Origin: a virus
Reading direction: 5' to 3' (one strand)
Length of the DNA stretch: 64,000 bases
Virus record (IMG/VR): IMGVR_UViG_3300032053_004772
Coordinates: 22,774 to 86,773 of that record
Below the pieces are notes generated by a model. The model did not search any database. It worked only from the letters and a program-made list of their open reading frames with translations, and was not told the origin of the DNA. Position 1 is the first letter of the stretch. Every line of letters begins with the position of its first letter. The translations under genes were made by a program, and so were the position numbers. This document shows positions 38,453 through 47,950 of this stretch, in pieces.

Positions 38453-38473
38453 TTGCTGGTATTATTAGTGTGA
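38434..38473 (+). promoter_or_regulatory. Candidate phage-specific promoter (GGTTAAG-N17-GGTATTATTAGTGTGA)
   Basis: Matches the 25725 site; precedes the recombination operon. Confidence 0.6.
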
Positions 38474-38480
38474 GGGGTAA

Positions 38481-39005
38481 ATGGCTGAAGAGTTAATGGC
38501 GTGGTTGCTGGAGAAGCATCACGAACTCGTTGAGAAGACACGAGTTGCTCACGGAGGTGAAGTCTCCTTCGCGGAACTTAATCAACGGATGGCCGAATAC
38601 GGAGGAGATTATGCGTGGGCCATTTCCGAGGATGCTATTGCTCAAGCAGCATATCGTCGTCGGAAGCTCGCGTTCGATGAGTGGTATAATCGATTGTTCA
38701 CGATCGCTAAGAACTTGCTTCCTGCAGGTAGCTCCGTGAAAGCGATCGAGGCTCAGATCGCCTCTGATAACAGAGTGGAGTGGCAGAAGTGGCAGGATGA
38801 ACTGTTGCAACTGGAACTTCAACAGAACGTTCGGGCACAGTTCTTGAAGGTGTGGAGCAGCTTGAAGGATATCTACGTCGAGTTGGCTCGAAATATGAGA
38901 TCGGACTATCAGACTGCTGGAGGTCTATCCGTCGGACAGACTGAGAGCGGAGCGGAGCGAATAGAGAGAATTAAACGTCTGAGAAGACTGAGCGGAAAGG
39001 AGTAA
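38481..39005 (+). CDS. Helical protein, possible UvsY-like recombination mediator
   Basis: Coiled coil; upstream of SSB-like and SbcCD genes. Confidence 0.4.
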   Translation: MAEELMAWLLEKHHELVEKTRVAHGGEVSFAELNQRMAEYGGDYAWAISEDAIAQAAYRRRKLAFDEWYNRLFTIAKNLLPAGSSVKAIEAQIASDNRVEWQKWQDELLQLELQQNVRAQFLKVWSSLKDIYVELARNMRSDYQTAGGLSVGQTESGAERIERIKRLRRLSGKE

Positions 39006-39008
39006 TTG

Positions 39009-40079
39009 ATGGATCTAGAGAAGATTCGTCAGATGCGTGCTAAGATAGAGGAGAGACAGTCCGAGGGTGGCAGCTTCTCCTCTGAGCACAAGTACGTGAT
39101 CCAGAGCGCACCCGCTACGAACGTGATGCGCGTCGTAGGCGATCCTGAAGTGTGCTTGCGGTCGTGGATCAAGGTCGGTGAAGCAAAACCGATGCCGTTC
39201 GTAATCGATCCGAACGGACCGCTATTCAAGCTGATCCGACACGTTCTGGATTACACGTTGAAGCAGGTCGACAACAAGTGGATTCGAGAGTACGTTCACG
39301 CACAGAAGCATCCCGAGATCTTTAAGATGGTATTCGGAGGAGAGGGTCGAAACTCTTGGGAGCCAAGAGAGACGTACTTGCTAAACTGCATTCCGCGCGA
39401 ACCTCAGAAGAACGAAGCAGGACAGATGGTGCTGCTTGCGAAGGAGAAAAAGCACACTCTACTGCTTGCGCAATCGAACTCGGACGTCGGAGTCGGACCG
39501 ATGGCATTTAACGAGTTCGGAAAAGTCGCGGAGAACTACGGAGATGCGGAAGGGTACGACGTAGTCTTCTCTCGTACAGGTACGACGTGGCAGAACACGA
39601 AGTACTCCTGCATGCAAGCGGTACGAACGAATCCGACCTACGGAGTGAAGGTAGTCGAAGGACCTCTGACTGCAGAGGAGCTGGCGTACGAACGGTACGA
39701 TCTGAAGACGCTCATAAAGCCGACGTCCTCTCTGGGTATCGTTTCCGCTCTCGGATCTACAATCGCGCAGATAGATGCTACTTTAGGTACTTCCTATCTA
39801 GCGGAACTACAGGTTCTCGCTGAGAAGGAACCGAAGGAAGCGGAGAAGACATCCGAGGGAGGTACTCCTTTGGGGAGACCGTTACCCGCTCAAACGAGTT
39901 CGGTTGCTGCACCTCAAACGGAACAGCCTCATCGCAGAAGTCTAGCACCGGAAGCGGATCCGATCGTTGCAACCTTTCCTGTCGGAGCTACATTAGCACC
40001 TTGCGATAAGTGCAAGAAGCCGTTCCCAGACAACTGGAATACATGTCCATACTGTCAAGCAAAATATGCTGTAAGCTAA
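39009..40079 (+). CDS. Probable single-stranded DNA-binding protein
   Basis: GYDV...RTG...TKY pattern like gp32-type phage SSBs; C-terminal Zn ribbon; context. Confidence 0.55.
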   Translation: MDLEKIRQMRAKIEERQSEGGSFSSEHKYVIQSAPATNVMRVVGDPEVCLRSWIKVGEAKPMPFVIDPNGPLFKLIRHVLDYTLKQVDNKWIREYVHAQKHPEIFKMVFGGEGRNSWEPRETYLLNCIPREPQKNEAGQMVLLAKEKKHTLLLAQSNSDVGVGPMAFNEFGKVAENYGDAEGYDVVFSRTGTTWQNTKYSCMQAVRTNPTYGVKVVEGPLTAEELAYERYDLKTLIKPTSSLGIVSALGSTIAQIDATLGTSYLAELQVLAEKEPKEAEKTSEGGTPLGRPLPAQTSSVAAPQTEQPHRRSLAPEADPIVATFPVGATLAPCDKCKKPFPDNWNTCPYCQAKYAVS

Positions 40080-40083
40080 AATC

Positions 40084-40281
40084 GTGAAAACAAAGGAGCT
40101 TACGTTCGCGTACTCTTACACGGTTCAAATTCACAATAACGACTACGTGAAAGTGGCATTCGACAAACGAGTAGAGCTCGAGTCGAGTGACGACGAAGAT
40201 GAAGCTCGAGAGTTGCTTGCTGCAGATGTCATCGACTTTGTACATACAAAAATGACAGAGACACTGGAGAAGTTGAGGTGA
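40084..40281 (+). CDS. Hypothetical protein
   Basis: 65 aa, coupled to sbcD-like gene. Confidence 0.5.
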   Translation: MKTKELTFAYSYTVQIHNNDYVKVAFDKRVELESSDDEDEARELLAADVIDFVHTKMTETLEKLR

Positions 40282-41342
40282 GACTAGGTATCACAGCAGA
40301 CTGGCATCTCGGTAAAAATGTCGATGGTACTGCAAGTTTCGATCGTTCGGAAGAGGTGTTACAACAGATCGGTCATGCAGTCTCAGTCTTTCGAGAGAAG
40401 AAGGTAGATGCGATTGCAGTGTTAGGAGACGTTAGTCACTCCAATCATCCGTCGATTAGAACAAATGTACACATTCGTAACGCTCTTGAGATGCTGGACA
40501 AAACTGGTGTTCCTGTTCTAGTGATTCCAGGAAATCATGATAGCACTCACGAGGGAAATCACGCCTTACAACCGTTCATGCACGGTCACTGGCAGAATGT
40601 GGAGATTCATGACGATCTTTGTGTTTGGCAAAAGTTTGCGGTAGTTCCTCATCTTCCTCGCTCTCGATTTTTCGATCCTGAGCAATACGTAACCCTAGCT
40701 CATACTGTGTATGAGGATATGGCGAGGAACAGTGGTTGTCAAATTCTGTTGACGCACGCGCAAATCGCCGGTTGCACAGTCGGTCGAGATTACGTGATGG
40801 AGAGCGGCGCGATCGAGCTGCCTCAGTTAGATGCAGCCTACGTAAAACTGGTGTTGGCCGGGGATGTTCATAAGCGTCAATCGTATATGCTTGGAGAGGT
40901 CGCTGTTCTCTATCCAGGAAGTCTTACACAAACTGACTACGGAGAACGAGAAGAGATCAAGGGTGTCTGTATCGTTGATACAGAGAATAACTCCGTCGAG
41001 TCGATCGAGGTACCCGGATACGTTAAGTATCACGCGATTGTCGTATCGACTGAGCGAGAGCTTGACGATCTTCCCGCAGATACGTGGGACGGGATTGTGG
41101 ATATAACTGTGAGAGATAAGACGCGTCTGACTCTTGTAGAGAACTCCGCGTACGGGAAGAATCCGAAGTCGATTCGAGGAATTCGTTCGATCGATGAGGT
41201 CGCGACCGTCGGAGGAGATAAGCATTACGCGTCTCTTTCGTATGTGGATCAATTAGCTGAGTACATGAAGACGCTTTCGGTAGGATACTCCGAGGAGATG
41301 CTAGAGATAGCGAAGTCGATTATGGATGAGGTAAGAACTTGA
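40278..41342 (+). CDS. SbcD/Mre11-like nuclease
   Basis: ADWHLG, GD, PGNHD, H, GDVH, YPGS. Confidence 0.92.
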   Translation: MRLGITADWHLGKNVDGTASFDRSEEVLQQIGHAVSVFREKKVDAIAVLGDVSHSNHPSIRTNVHIRNALEMLDKTGVPVLVIPGNHDSTHEGNHALQPFMHGHWQNVEIHDDLCVWQKFAVVPHLPRSRFFDPEQYVTLAHTVYEDMARNSGCQILLTHAQIAGCTVGRDYVMESGAIELPQLDAAYVKLVLAGDVHKRQSYMLGEVAVLYPGSLTQTDYGEREEIKGVCIVDTENNSVESIEVPGYVKYHAIVVSTERELDDLPADTWDGIVDITVRDKTRLTLVENSAYGKNPKSIRGIRSIDEVATVGGDKHYASLSYVDQLAEYMKTLSVGYSEEMLEIAKSIMDEVRT

Positions 41343-43309
41343 TCATCCAAAGTGTAGAGGCCCGAAACTACGGGTCCTTTGCCGAGTTACATTACGAGCC
41401 CGCTCGTGGATTGATAGGTGTCTATGGAGAAGGAGATCCTCCCTCTAGATCAAATGGTTCCGGAAAGAGCACCGCCGTTGAGATCATCCTTGCAGCTCTT
41501 TTCGGTCAGTTTCCGCGTGGAACCGTATCAGATATACGTTCTACGGTTTCTTCCGGAGACTCCATCGTTGATGTCACGTTTCAGATTCTAAATCGTGTGT
41601 TTCGGATTCGGCGCGTTTGGGGTTCGTCGAGCGTTGTGTCTTTGTATGAGGACGGAAAACGTAGCGATGGATCTGTGCGTGAGATGCAGACAAAGATCGA
41701 TGCTTTACTTCGTGCGTCATTTTCGGTACTGGTTGCATCTTCCTTCTTTCTGCAGGGAGAAAGCGATCGATTTACGGCAGCTACTTCTGCAGAGCGACTA
41801 GACTATATGAGAGAGATTCTCTCTCTTGAGTTCTGGACGAAGTGCTATGAAGTAACGTCTCAACGATTGAAAGACGCTGTTATACGAGTTCAAGAGAGCA
41901 CGACTCGAAAGAAGGCCGCGCTAGAGAGAGCAGGAGCTCTTGAGTTCCAGATCTCGGAAGATCGTGTGCAGACCTTGGGAGAACAGTGCGCTGCTCATCA
42001 GGTGTCCTACAACTATTGGACTTCTCAATTGCAGACGCTACGAGAGAATGAGGAGTCAGTTCGGTCACTAAGTACTGTACGAGACCGACTAAAGAAAAAT
42101 CAGAGTATATTGGAGAGTGTTGAGAGAGATCTACAAGTAGCTCGAGTTGCCGCTGCTACTTCGACGCCCTCTTTAATGGTGTATCGGTGTCCTCGCTTTC
42201 TTCGAGAGCGAGTTAGCGGACTCTTTCAAGAGCTGCGTCAACAAGAGGGTCGGATTCGTGGAGCGCTACAACGAGAAGCTTCCTTCTTGCAACGAGCGTT
42301 TGACGCTACGTGTCCGACGTGTCGTCAGTCAGTCTCGGAGAAGACATATCGCACACTGCAGGCAGAGGCGATGAGTGAGCGAGTGCGGTATCAAGCGGAA
42401 TTAGATGCTGTACTGAAGCAGATTGCAGAGTGCGCTGTTATAGATCGAAAATTCGCAGCAGCAGAAATAACGAACGCGCAAGCGTTAGCCACTCTGGAAG
42501 AGTTTCTGAGACTTCAAGAGGTTGGCAACAAGATACCGATACTTGAAACGCATGCTCAGGCGTTAAGAGAGTTGGTTCAGAAAGACACGACTGCAGTTGA
42601 ACTTGCTTCTAGTATCTCACTGAGCGAGTTATTGGTCTCTATTCGGGAAGCGGAGAAGAAGCAGGATGAAGAGAAACGACTTGTTCAGGGTCTCACGACT
42701 GAAATCGATCAGATCGCAGTTTATCAGCAAATGTACGCTACCGAGATGCGAAGTGCTGAAACAGAGAATCAAAACCTTCAACAGCTTTCGCGTCAGAGTG
42801 CAATCCTCACAGAGCTGAAGAAGATCTTCTCGCGAACAGGAGTCTCCTTCTTCGTTGTTCAGCAGATAGTAGAGAGAGAGTTGCAACCTCTTAGTAATCA
42901 GGTGCTTGAGCAATTGCGAACGTCATATCATATTGAGTTTCAGCTAAAGACGTCCTCCGACAAGAATACGTTGGATATCTTAGTGAGGGAAGGAGAGGCG
43001 TTGAGAAAGTACGAGACTTTCTCCGGTGCGGAGAAGGAACTGCTGAACTTCTCAATTAGGATGGCTCTCAGTCGTCTGTTGCGACAAAGAGGTTTCGCTG
43101 CTCCGATTCAGTTTGTTGTGCTGGATGAGATCTTCGGCGAACTGGACGCATATAACAGAGAAATCATGGAGAGAGTGTTAACGATGCTGAAGCAGGAGTT
43201 TCATCAACTGTTCGTCATCTCACACGTTCCGCTGAATCTTCCTTTTGATCAGGTGATCAAAGTTAAACGAGTAGGCAAACTTAGCACGATTGTCGGAGGT
43301 AATATCTAA
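41339..43309 (+). CDS. SbcC/Rad50-like ATPase
   Basis: NGSGKST, CPTC hook, FSGAE signature, VLDE, ISH. Confidence 0.92.
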   Translation: MIIQSVEARNYGSFAELHYEPARGLIGVYGEGDPPSRSNGSGKSTAVEIILAALFGQFPRGTVSDIRSTVSSGDSIVDVTFQILNRVFRIRRVWGSSSVVSLYEDGKRSDGSVREMQTKIDALLRASFSVLVASSFFLQGESDRFTAATSAERLDYMREILSLEFWTKCYEVTSQRLKDAVIRVQESTTRKKAALERAGALEFQISEDRVQTLGEQCAAHQVSYNYWTSQLQTLRENEESVRSLSTVRDRLKKNQSILESVERDLQVARVAAATSTPSLMVYRCPRFLRERVSGLFQELRQQEGRIRGALQREASFLQRAFDATCPTCRQSVSEKTYRTLQAEAMSERVRYQAELDAVLKQIAECAVIDRKFAAAEITNAQALATLEEFLRLQEVGNKIPILETHAQALRELVQKDTTAVELASSISLSELLVSIREAEKKQDEEKRLVQGLTTEIDQIAVYQQMYATEMRSAETENQNLQQLSRQSAILTELKKIFSRTGVSFFVVQQIVERELQPLSNQVLEQLRTSYHIEFQLKTSSDKNTLDILVREGEALRKYETFSGAEKELLNFSIRMALSRLLRQRGFAAPIQFVVLDEIFGELDAYNREIMERVLTMLKQEFHQLFVISHVPLNLPFDQVIKVKRVGKLSTIVGGNI

Positions 43310-43310
43310 T

Positions 43311-43832
43311 ATGAAGGTTGATATCTTTCCGTGTGTCGTTCACGTATATGGAGGTGGTCAAGGTGGAGTCGGGATTCACTTCTGTGACGACGGCGTAGAT
43401 CATTCTCCGATGAAGATCGCGAATATCGCGATTAAGCAGTATGGAGTGAGTCGCGTGTTCCTGTTGGGAGACGTTGCGAAGCAACCGACTCACGAACTTG
43501 CCGTTCTTGTTGGAGACCTTCGTGATATCGGGAAGCGAGAAGTGATCGGAGTGATAGAAGAGGATGAGACGCTTGATGCTGTTTGGCAGTTCTTCACTCG
43601 GATCGTAGTGCTGGTGCGATCTCATAAACCAGTCGCGTCTCGTTATAACGAGATTGTGCTCTCGTTGACTGGAGAACCTAGTTCCGAGCTGATTCAGTCT
43701 CTTCCCTCGAACATTCCAGTGTCAGTGATAGCGGATACAGGAGCTAGCGTATCTGCTGGAGTAAAACTAGTCCAATCGAAGCAATCTTGGCGATTCTACG
43801 GACGAGTGCCGTTGGTACTTCGAGCAAGATAG
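43311..43832 (+). CDS. Degenerate QueE-like protein lacking the radical-SAM Cys motif
   Basis: Colinear with the QueE layout by eye (IF..., CD, V.L.G....Q, NEIVL, WR....V.L.R) but no CxxxCxxC. Confidence 0.45.
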   Translation: MKVDIFPCVVHVYGGGQGGVGIHFCDDGVDHSPMKIANIAIKQYGVSRVFLLGDVAKQPTHELAVLVGDLRDIGKREVIGVIEEDETLDAVWQFFTRIVVLVRSHKPVASRYNEIVLSLTGEPSSELIQSLPSNIPVSVIADTGASVSAGVKLVQSKQSWRFYGRVPLVLRAR

Positions 43833-43845
43833 GTGGGGTAGATTT

Positions 43846-44709
43846 GTGAGAAAAGGTAGTAAGCATAGTGTGGAAGCTCGCGCAAAAGTTAGTGTCGGAA
43901 ACCGAGGGAAGATAAGATCTCAAGAGTTTCGTGAGCAACGACTAGGCAATCTTAACCCTACGAAGCGATCTGAGGTGCGAGAGAAGATGAGCATTTCTCA
44001 AAAGAAGCGATACGAAGATCCGAGAGAGCATGAGAAACAGAGTGAAGTGGCTCGAATTGTGATGAATGCTCTGGAAGTAAAAGAAGCGATACGCGCTGCT
44101 GCAAAGAAACAGTGGAGTGATCCGACGTATCGTGTGAAACAGGTAGAAACTCAACTTGTAACTCAAAACCGTCCGGAAGTGAAAGCGCGACGGATTAAGG
44201 GGATTCTCGCTTCTATCGCAGCAGATCCAAAGAAAGCTTATGAGAGGTTGCGACGAGCAGGACAGAGCGGTTCTCATGATGGGGCTGTTGTGCGAGGACA
44301 TATAAGTGCGCGACGACAGTTGGAAAGGGGTCTTTGGCCTGGGATAGGTCCTCGGGCTACAGCTTTCTTTGATCGAGTTGCTTCTTTGCTTCCTTCAAGT
44401 ATTATAGTTCAGTGTGGACGCGTTGAAAGTGCTCACAAGAATGAGCACTGGGAACAGAGCTTATCAGGAGAGCTTTTTTGTGCCGACTTTTGGGTTGATG
44501 TGTTGCACATTTGGATTGAGTATGATGAGTTTCATCATCAAACGGATCGAACACAGCAAGCTAAAGATCGAAGGAAAGACGCTTACGTTCAAAGTCAGCA
44601 CTACTACTTTCTTCGAGTAAAAGAGGGTCGTGATAAGATACCGGATCATACTTCTGAACAAGTAGCGGAGTGGATCTTGTCTAGAGATAATACTACTCCG
44701 TTGGAGTAG
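43846..44709 (+). mobile_element. Free-standing homing endonuclease (NUMOD3-like repeats plus DUF559/Vsr-like nuclease)
   Basis: KHS.E.R.K.S repeats; ADFW....IEYDEFHH...KD..KD...LRV. Confidence 0.75.
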
Positions 44710-44736
44710 AGTAAAATTCATTTGAGGAGGATCACT

Positions 44737-44928
44737 ATGGGTGAATCCGGAAAAAAATATAGCCCAGAGGCTATAGAAAAAATGCGAAATGCGCATCTAG
44801 GAAAAAAACACAGCCCTGAATCGATCGCGAAGATGCGCGAGTCGGCCAAAAAGAGTGCTCTTGCGCGCAAAGCAAGTGCTCCCGCAACTTCCACCGCACC
44901 GGTAGAGCCGGTCGCGCAACCGAAGTAA
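44737..44928 (+). CDS. NUMOD3-only small DNA-binding protein
   Basis: SD GAGGAGG; two GKK.SPE.I.KMR motifs. Confidence 0.65.
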   Translation: MGESGKKYSPEAIEKMRNAHLGKKHSPESIAKMRESAKKSALARKASAPATSTAPVEPVAQPK

Positions 44929-44966
44929 GCGTCAGCACACGACGAAATCTTTCTCAGGAGGTGTTC

Positions 44967-45668
44967 ATGAAGGAGTACAAGCTTCTCAACCTGTATCTGG
45001 TGGCGTTTGTCGCGATTCTGATGCTGTCGAACATCATCGCTGGCAAGTTGATCCAGATCGGCCCTATCATTCTTACGGCAGCGGTGTTTTTGTTCCCGCT
45101 GAGCTACATCTTCGGTGACGTACTCACCGAGGTGTACGGATATGCTCGCTCGAGACGTATTATCTGGTACGGTTTCGGCGCGAACATTCTTATGTCGCTT
45201 ATCTTCTTGATGGCGATCGTGCTACCGTATCCGCCCTTCTGGAAGGGACAAGAAGCGTTCAAGACCGTGCTCGGTCTCGTGCCGAGATTGGTCCTTGCCT
45301 CACTGGTTGGGTACTGGGTCGGATCATTCGGGAACTCCTGGATTCTCGCTCGAATGAAGGAGTGGATGTTGAAGTGGGATCCACAGTCTAAACATCTGTG
45401 GATGAGAACCATCGCGTCCACGATCGTCGGAGAGGGGATCGACACGATCCTGTTCGGTTTCATCGCGTTCATCGGTTCTATGCCATTCGTCGCCGTTCTC
45501 ACAATGATCGGATGGCAGTGGGTTATGAAGGTCGGGGTGGAGGTCGCTTTCACTCCAGTCACGTATCTAGTGATTCACGCTACCAAGAAAGCCGAGGGAA
45601 TGGATGTGGTCGGTACTGAAACATACTCTCCGTTCCGTTGGTTGGTTCGTGATCGAAAGGAAACGTAA
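44967..45668 (+). CDS. yhhQ: Queuosine precursor transporter (YhhQ/Vut_1 family)
   Basis: SNIIAGK, FPLSYIFGDVLTEVYGY..SRR.IW.GF, R..LASL, RTIAST..G..IDT, K...E..FTP.TY. Confidence 0.93.
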   Translation: MKEYKLLNLYLVAFVAILMLSNIIAGKLIQIGPIILTAAVFLFPLSYIFGDVLTEVYGYARSRRIIWYGFGANILMSLIFLMAIVLPYPPFWKGQEAFKTVLGLVPRLVLASLVGYWVGSFGNSWILARMKEWMLKWDPQSKHLWMRTIASTIVGEGIDTILFGFIAFIGSMPFVAVLTMIGWQWVMKVGVEVAFTPVTYLVIHATKKAEGMDVVGTETYSPFRWLVRDRKET

Positions 45669-45676
45669 CTTCTAGC

Positions 45677-45703
45677 GGGGGATCTAGATTTTGTAGATCC
45701 CCC
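45677..45703 (+). other. Perfect 10-bp hairpin directly upstream of the tRNA-like element
   Basis: GGGGGATCTA-GATTTTG-TAGATCCCCC; no U-tract. Confidence 0.75.
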
Positions 45704-45708
45704 TCCTA

Positions 45709-45778
45709 GCACTCGTAGTAAGCTGCTCCCGCCGGAGACAGTGGCTAGCTTGCACAGGTTCGATTCCTGTCGGGTGCA
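45709..45778 (+). ncRNA. tRNA-like RNA with acceptor stem and T-arm but no recognisable D or anticodon arm
   Basis: GCACTCG/CGGGTGC plus discriminator A; T-arm ACAGG-TTCGATT-CCTGT; centre folds as one long stem GTAAGCT/AGCTTGC. Confidence 0.65.
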
Positions 45779-45779
45779 T

Positions 45780-46067
45780 ATGATACAAAGAAATCAATTG
45801 TCTAATCTGGAGCTGTCTCGCGCCCTGAGAGAAGTTGATCACAAGCTCGACTTTCGTCTTAGAGAGAAGGGAAGTGGAACCTACGCTGGTCCTCATGAGT
45901 GCTACGGTATTATAGCGGAGGAGTTTAATAAAGAACTGTTAGAAGCTCTTCACGAGAACGATCCGAAGAAGTTTCGCAAGGAACTGTTAGATATCGCGGT
46001 TGCGTGTGTGATCGGAATGGCGTCTATGCTTCCGACGGATACGCCTAGCGAAGGAACTCCTTCGTGA
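45780..46067 (+). CDS. MazG-like all-alpha NTP pyrophosphohydrolase
   Basis: HE.YGII.EE...EL......ELLDIA pattern. Confidence 0.55.
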   Translation: MIQRNQLSNLELSRALREVDHKLDFRLREKGSGTYAGPHECYGIIAEEFNKELLEALHENDPKKFRKELLDIAVACVIGMASMLPTDTPSEGTPS

Positions 46068-46549
46068 TTCAGTCGGCCGTTATTAGTGAAGACGGTCGTT
46101 ATCGCTACAGTCTGACTAGACGATGGTACGATCGTCCTCCTTTGGTGTTTTGTATGTTGAATCCTTCGACTGCAGATGCGGAGCGAGATGATCCGACTAT
46201 CAGACGTTGCATCAACTTCGCAAAACGAGAGAATGCCGGAGGAATCGAGATTGTAAATCTGATGGCATATCGAGCTACTAGTCCTGCTGATTGTCTTCAA
46301 CAGTTGGATCCCGTAGGACCTGAGAACTACGACTATCTGGAGCGAGCTGCTAGACTTACGTGGAGTGTGATATGCGCCTGGGGAGCGAGAGCTCCAGACT
46401 GGATTGTGAAACGAGGAGTTCTTCATCTTAGGGGTCTGGTTGCGGGTTGTCCTCAACTGTCGTGCTTTGGTACGACTAAGGATGGATGTCCTCGACATCC
46501 TCTCTATCTTCGTAGCGATCAACCTCTTGTAGAGTGGAGACCTGTATGA
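46064..46549 (+). CDS. DUF1643 family protein
   Basis: YRYSL.R.W, MLNPSTAD...DDPTIRRC, CAWG, G.PRHPLY. Confidence 0.9.
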   Translation: MIQSAVISEDGRYRYSLTRRWYDRPPLVFCMLNPSTADAERDDPTIRRCINFAKRENAGGIEIVNLMAYRATSPADCLQQLDPVGPENYDYLERAARLTWSVICAWGARAPDWIVKRGVLHLRGLVAGCPQLSCFGTTKDGCPRHPLYLRSDQPLVEWRPV

Positions 46550-47721
46550 CACGCGATCTACAAAAGGTGCTAGACAAGAAGTTCGGACCCGGACGTATAG
46601 CTATCGCTTCGGAAGCGCGAGCACTGGTATACGATAGAGTTCCTACAGGCTCACTGCAGTTGGATCTTGCTCTAGGTGGTGGGTTGCCTCTAGGTCGAAT
46701 TACAGAGTTCGCTGGTCCGGAGTCGCACGGTAAGACGACAGCAATCCTTCGCATTTTGGCGGAGAATCAGAAGCTCGGTCGAGTGTGCGCGTTTGTAGAT
46801 ACTGAGGGTTCGTTCGATTTCGATTTCGCTCGTAAGATTGGTGTCGATCTAGATGCTTTGATCTTTAACGCTCCAGCCTCTCTCGAAGACATGATTGATA
46901 TGGTAGAAGTGTTGGTGGCTTCTCGAGAGGTGTCGCTGATCGCGATTGACTCTATCACAGGACCTGTACCGACACACGTACAGGGTCGGAGTGCTGATGA
47001 ACCGACGATGGGAACGGAAGCTAAACTGAACAACCTCTTCTGTCGGAAGGTTGTTACGGCGATGGCTCCTGGAGATCTCACGAAAGAAGAGAACCGTCCG
47101 TGGTGTTCCGTGATCTATACCAATCAGTTGAGAGACTCCTTTGATATGTACGGTGGACCAGATGTCGGAGGGGGATGGGGACTGCGGTTCTTTAAGTCCA
47201 TCAGCGTTCTGTTCCGTCGAGCGAAGTGGCTTGACGCTGTTGGTGGTGAAGTTAAAGAGACGAAGGCTGAGAAGTGGGGAACGACTCTAACCTTCGTCGC
47301 AAAGAAGAATAAGACGTCGGTTCCTCACGGAACCGGAGAGGTCGACTTCTACTTTCGAGATGCTGCTTACGTGCACGCTGGACAGTACGATCTATTGAAG
47401 GATGTGCTGATTACCGCTACGCGGTTCGGTTTGATAGAACAGCGTGGAGCTTACTACTACGTAGGTGGAGCAAGCTTTCTGGGGATGGAAAAGCTGCTGC
47501 AGGGACTTCGTACCGATCTCTCTGTGAGTGAGGATCTACGCAGACTAATGCAGACTCAACACGGAGTTCGTTTCTGGTACTACTCTCCTTCAGTAGAGCG
47601 TCGAATGAGGAGGTTATCTGATGCTACCGAAGTGGTTGGAACCGACGCAGAATCACCGCAAGGACAGTCGCAAGATGGAGGAGAGAGTAGCGCGGAAGAT
47701 TCAGGGACAGGTTCAGCCTAA
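46546..47721 (+). CDS. recA: RecA-family recombinase
   Basis: TGSLQLDLALGGGLPLGRI.E..GPESHGKTT, FVDTE, IDS, NQLR, KNK. Confidence 0.93.
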   Translation: MTRDLQKVLDKKFGPGRIAIASEARALVYDRVPTGSLQLDLALGGGLPLGRITEFAGPESHGKTTAILRILAENQKLGRVCAFVDTEGSFDFDFARKIGVDLDALIFNAPASLEDMIDMVEVLVASREVSLIAIDSITGPVPTHVQGRSADEPTMGTEAKLNNLFCRKVVTAMAPGDLTKEENRPWCSVIYTNQLRDSFDMYGGPDVGGGWGLRFFKSISVLFRRAKWLDAVGGEVKETKAEKWGTTLTFVAKKNKTSVPHGTGEVDFYFRDAAYVHAGQYDLLKDVLITATRFGLIEQRGAYYYVGGASFLGMEKLLQGLRTDLSVSEDLRRLMQTQHGVRFWYYSPSVERRMRRLSDATEVVGTDAESPQGQSQDGGESSAEDSGTGSA

Positions 47722-47950
47722 CTCTGGAGCTACTCCGTTTTCATTCTTCAAAGGAGATGTGCGGTCTGAGCTGATGCTCTGTGAGTGCAAGACTACAAAG
47801 CACGCAAGCTTCACTCTCTTACTTCGTGATCTCAAAGAAATCGAAAAACTGGCAAAGGTAGCTGGAAAGTTACCGGTATTTATCATAGACTTTGAATCTC
47901 AAGAAGAGTACGTTGTGCTTCGCTTGAAGGATCTCTTTGATGGTGTTTGA
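47621..47950 (+). CDS. PD-(D/E)XK Holliday-junction resolvase-like endonuclease
   Basis: E..VA...PNSGA...KGDV....ECK. Confidence 0.75.
   Translation: MLPKWLEPTQNHRKDSRKMEERVARKIQGQVQPNSGATPFSFFKGDVRSELMLCECKTTKHASFTLLLRDLKEIEKLAKVAGKLPVFIIDFESQEEYVVLRLKDLFDGV

Noticed and set aside
45709-45778. Canonical tRNA or tmRNA call
   Set aside because: No D-arm or 7-nt anticodon loop can be drawn; no G3-U70 pair or tag reading frame
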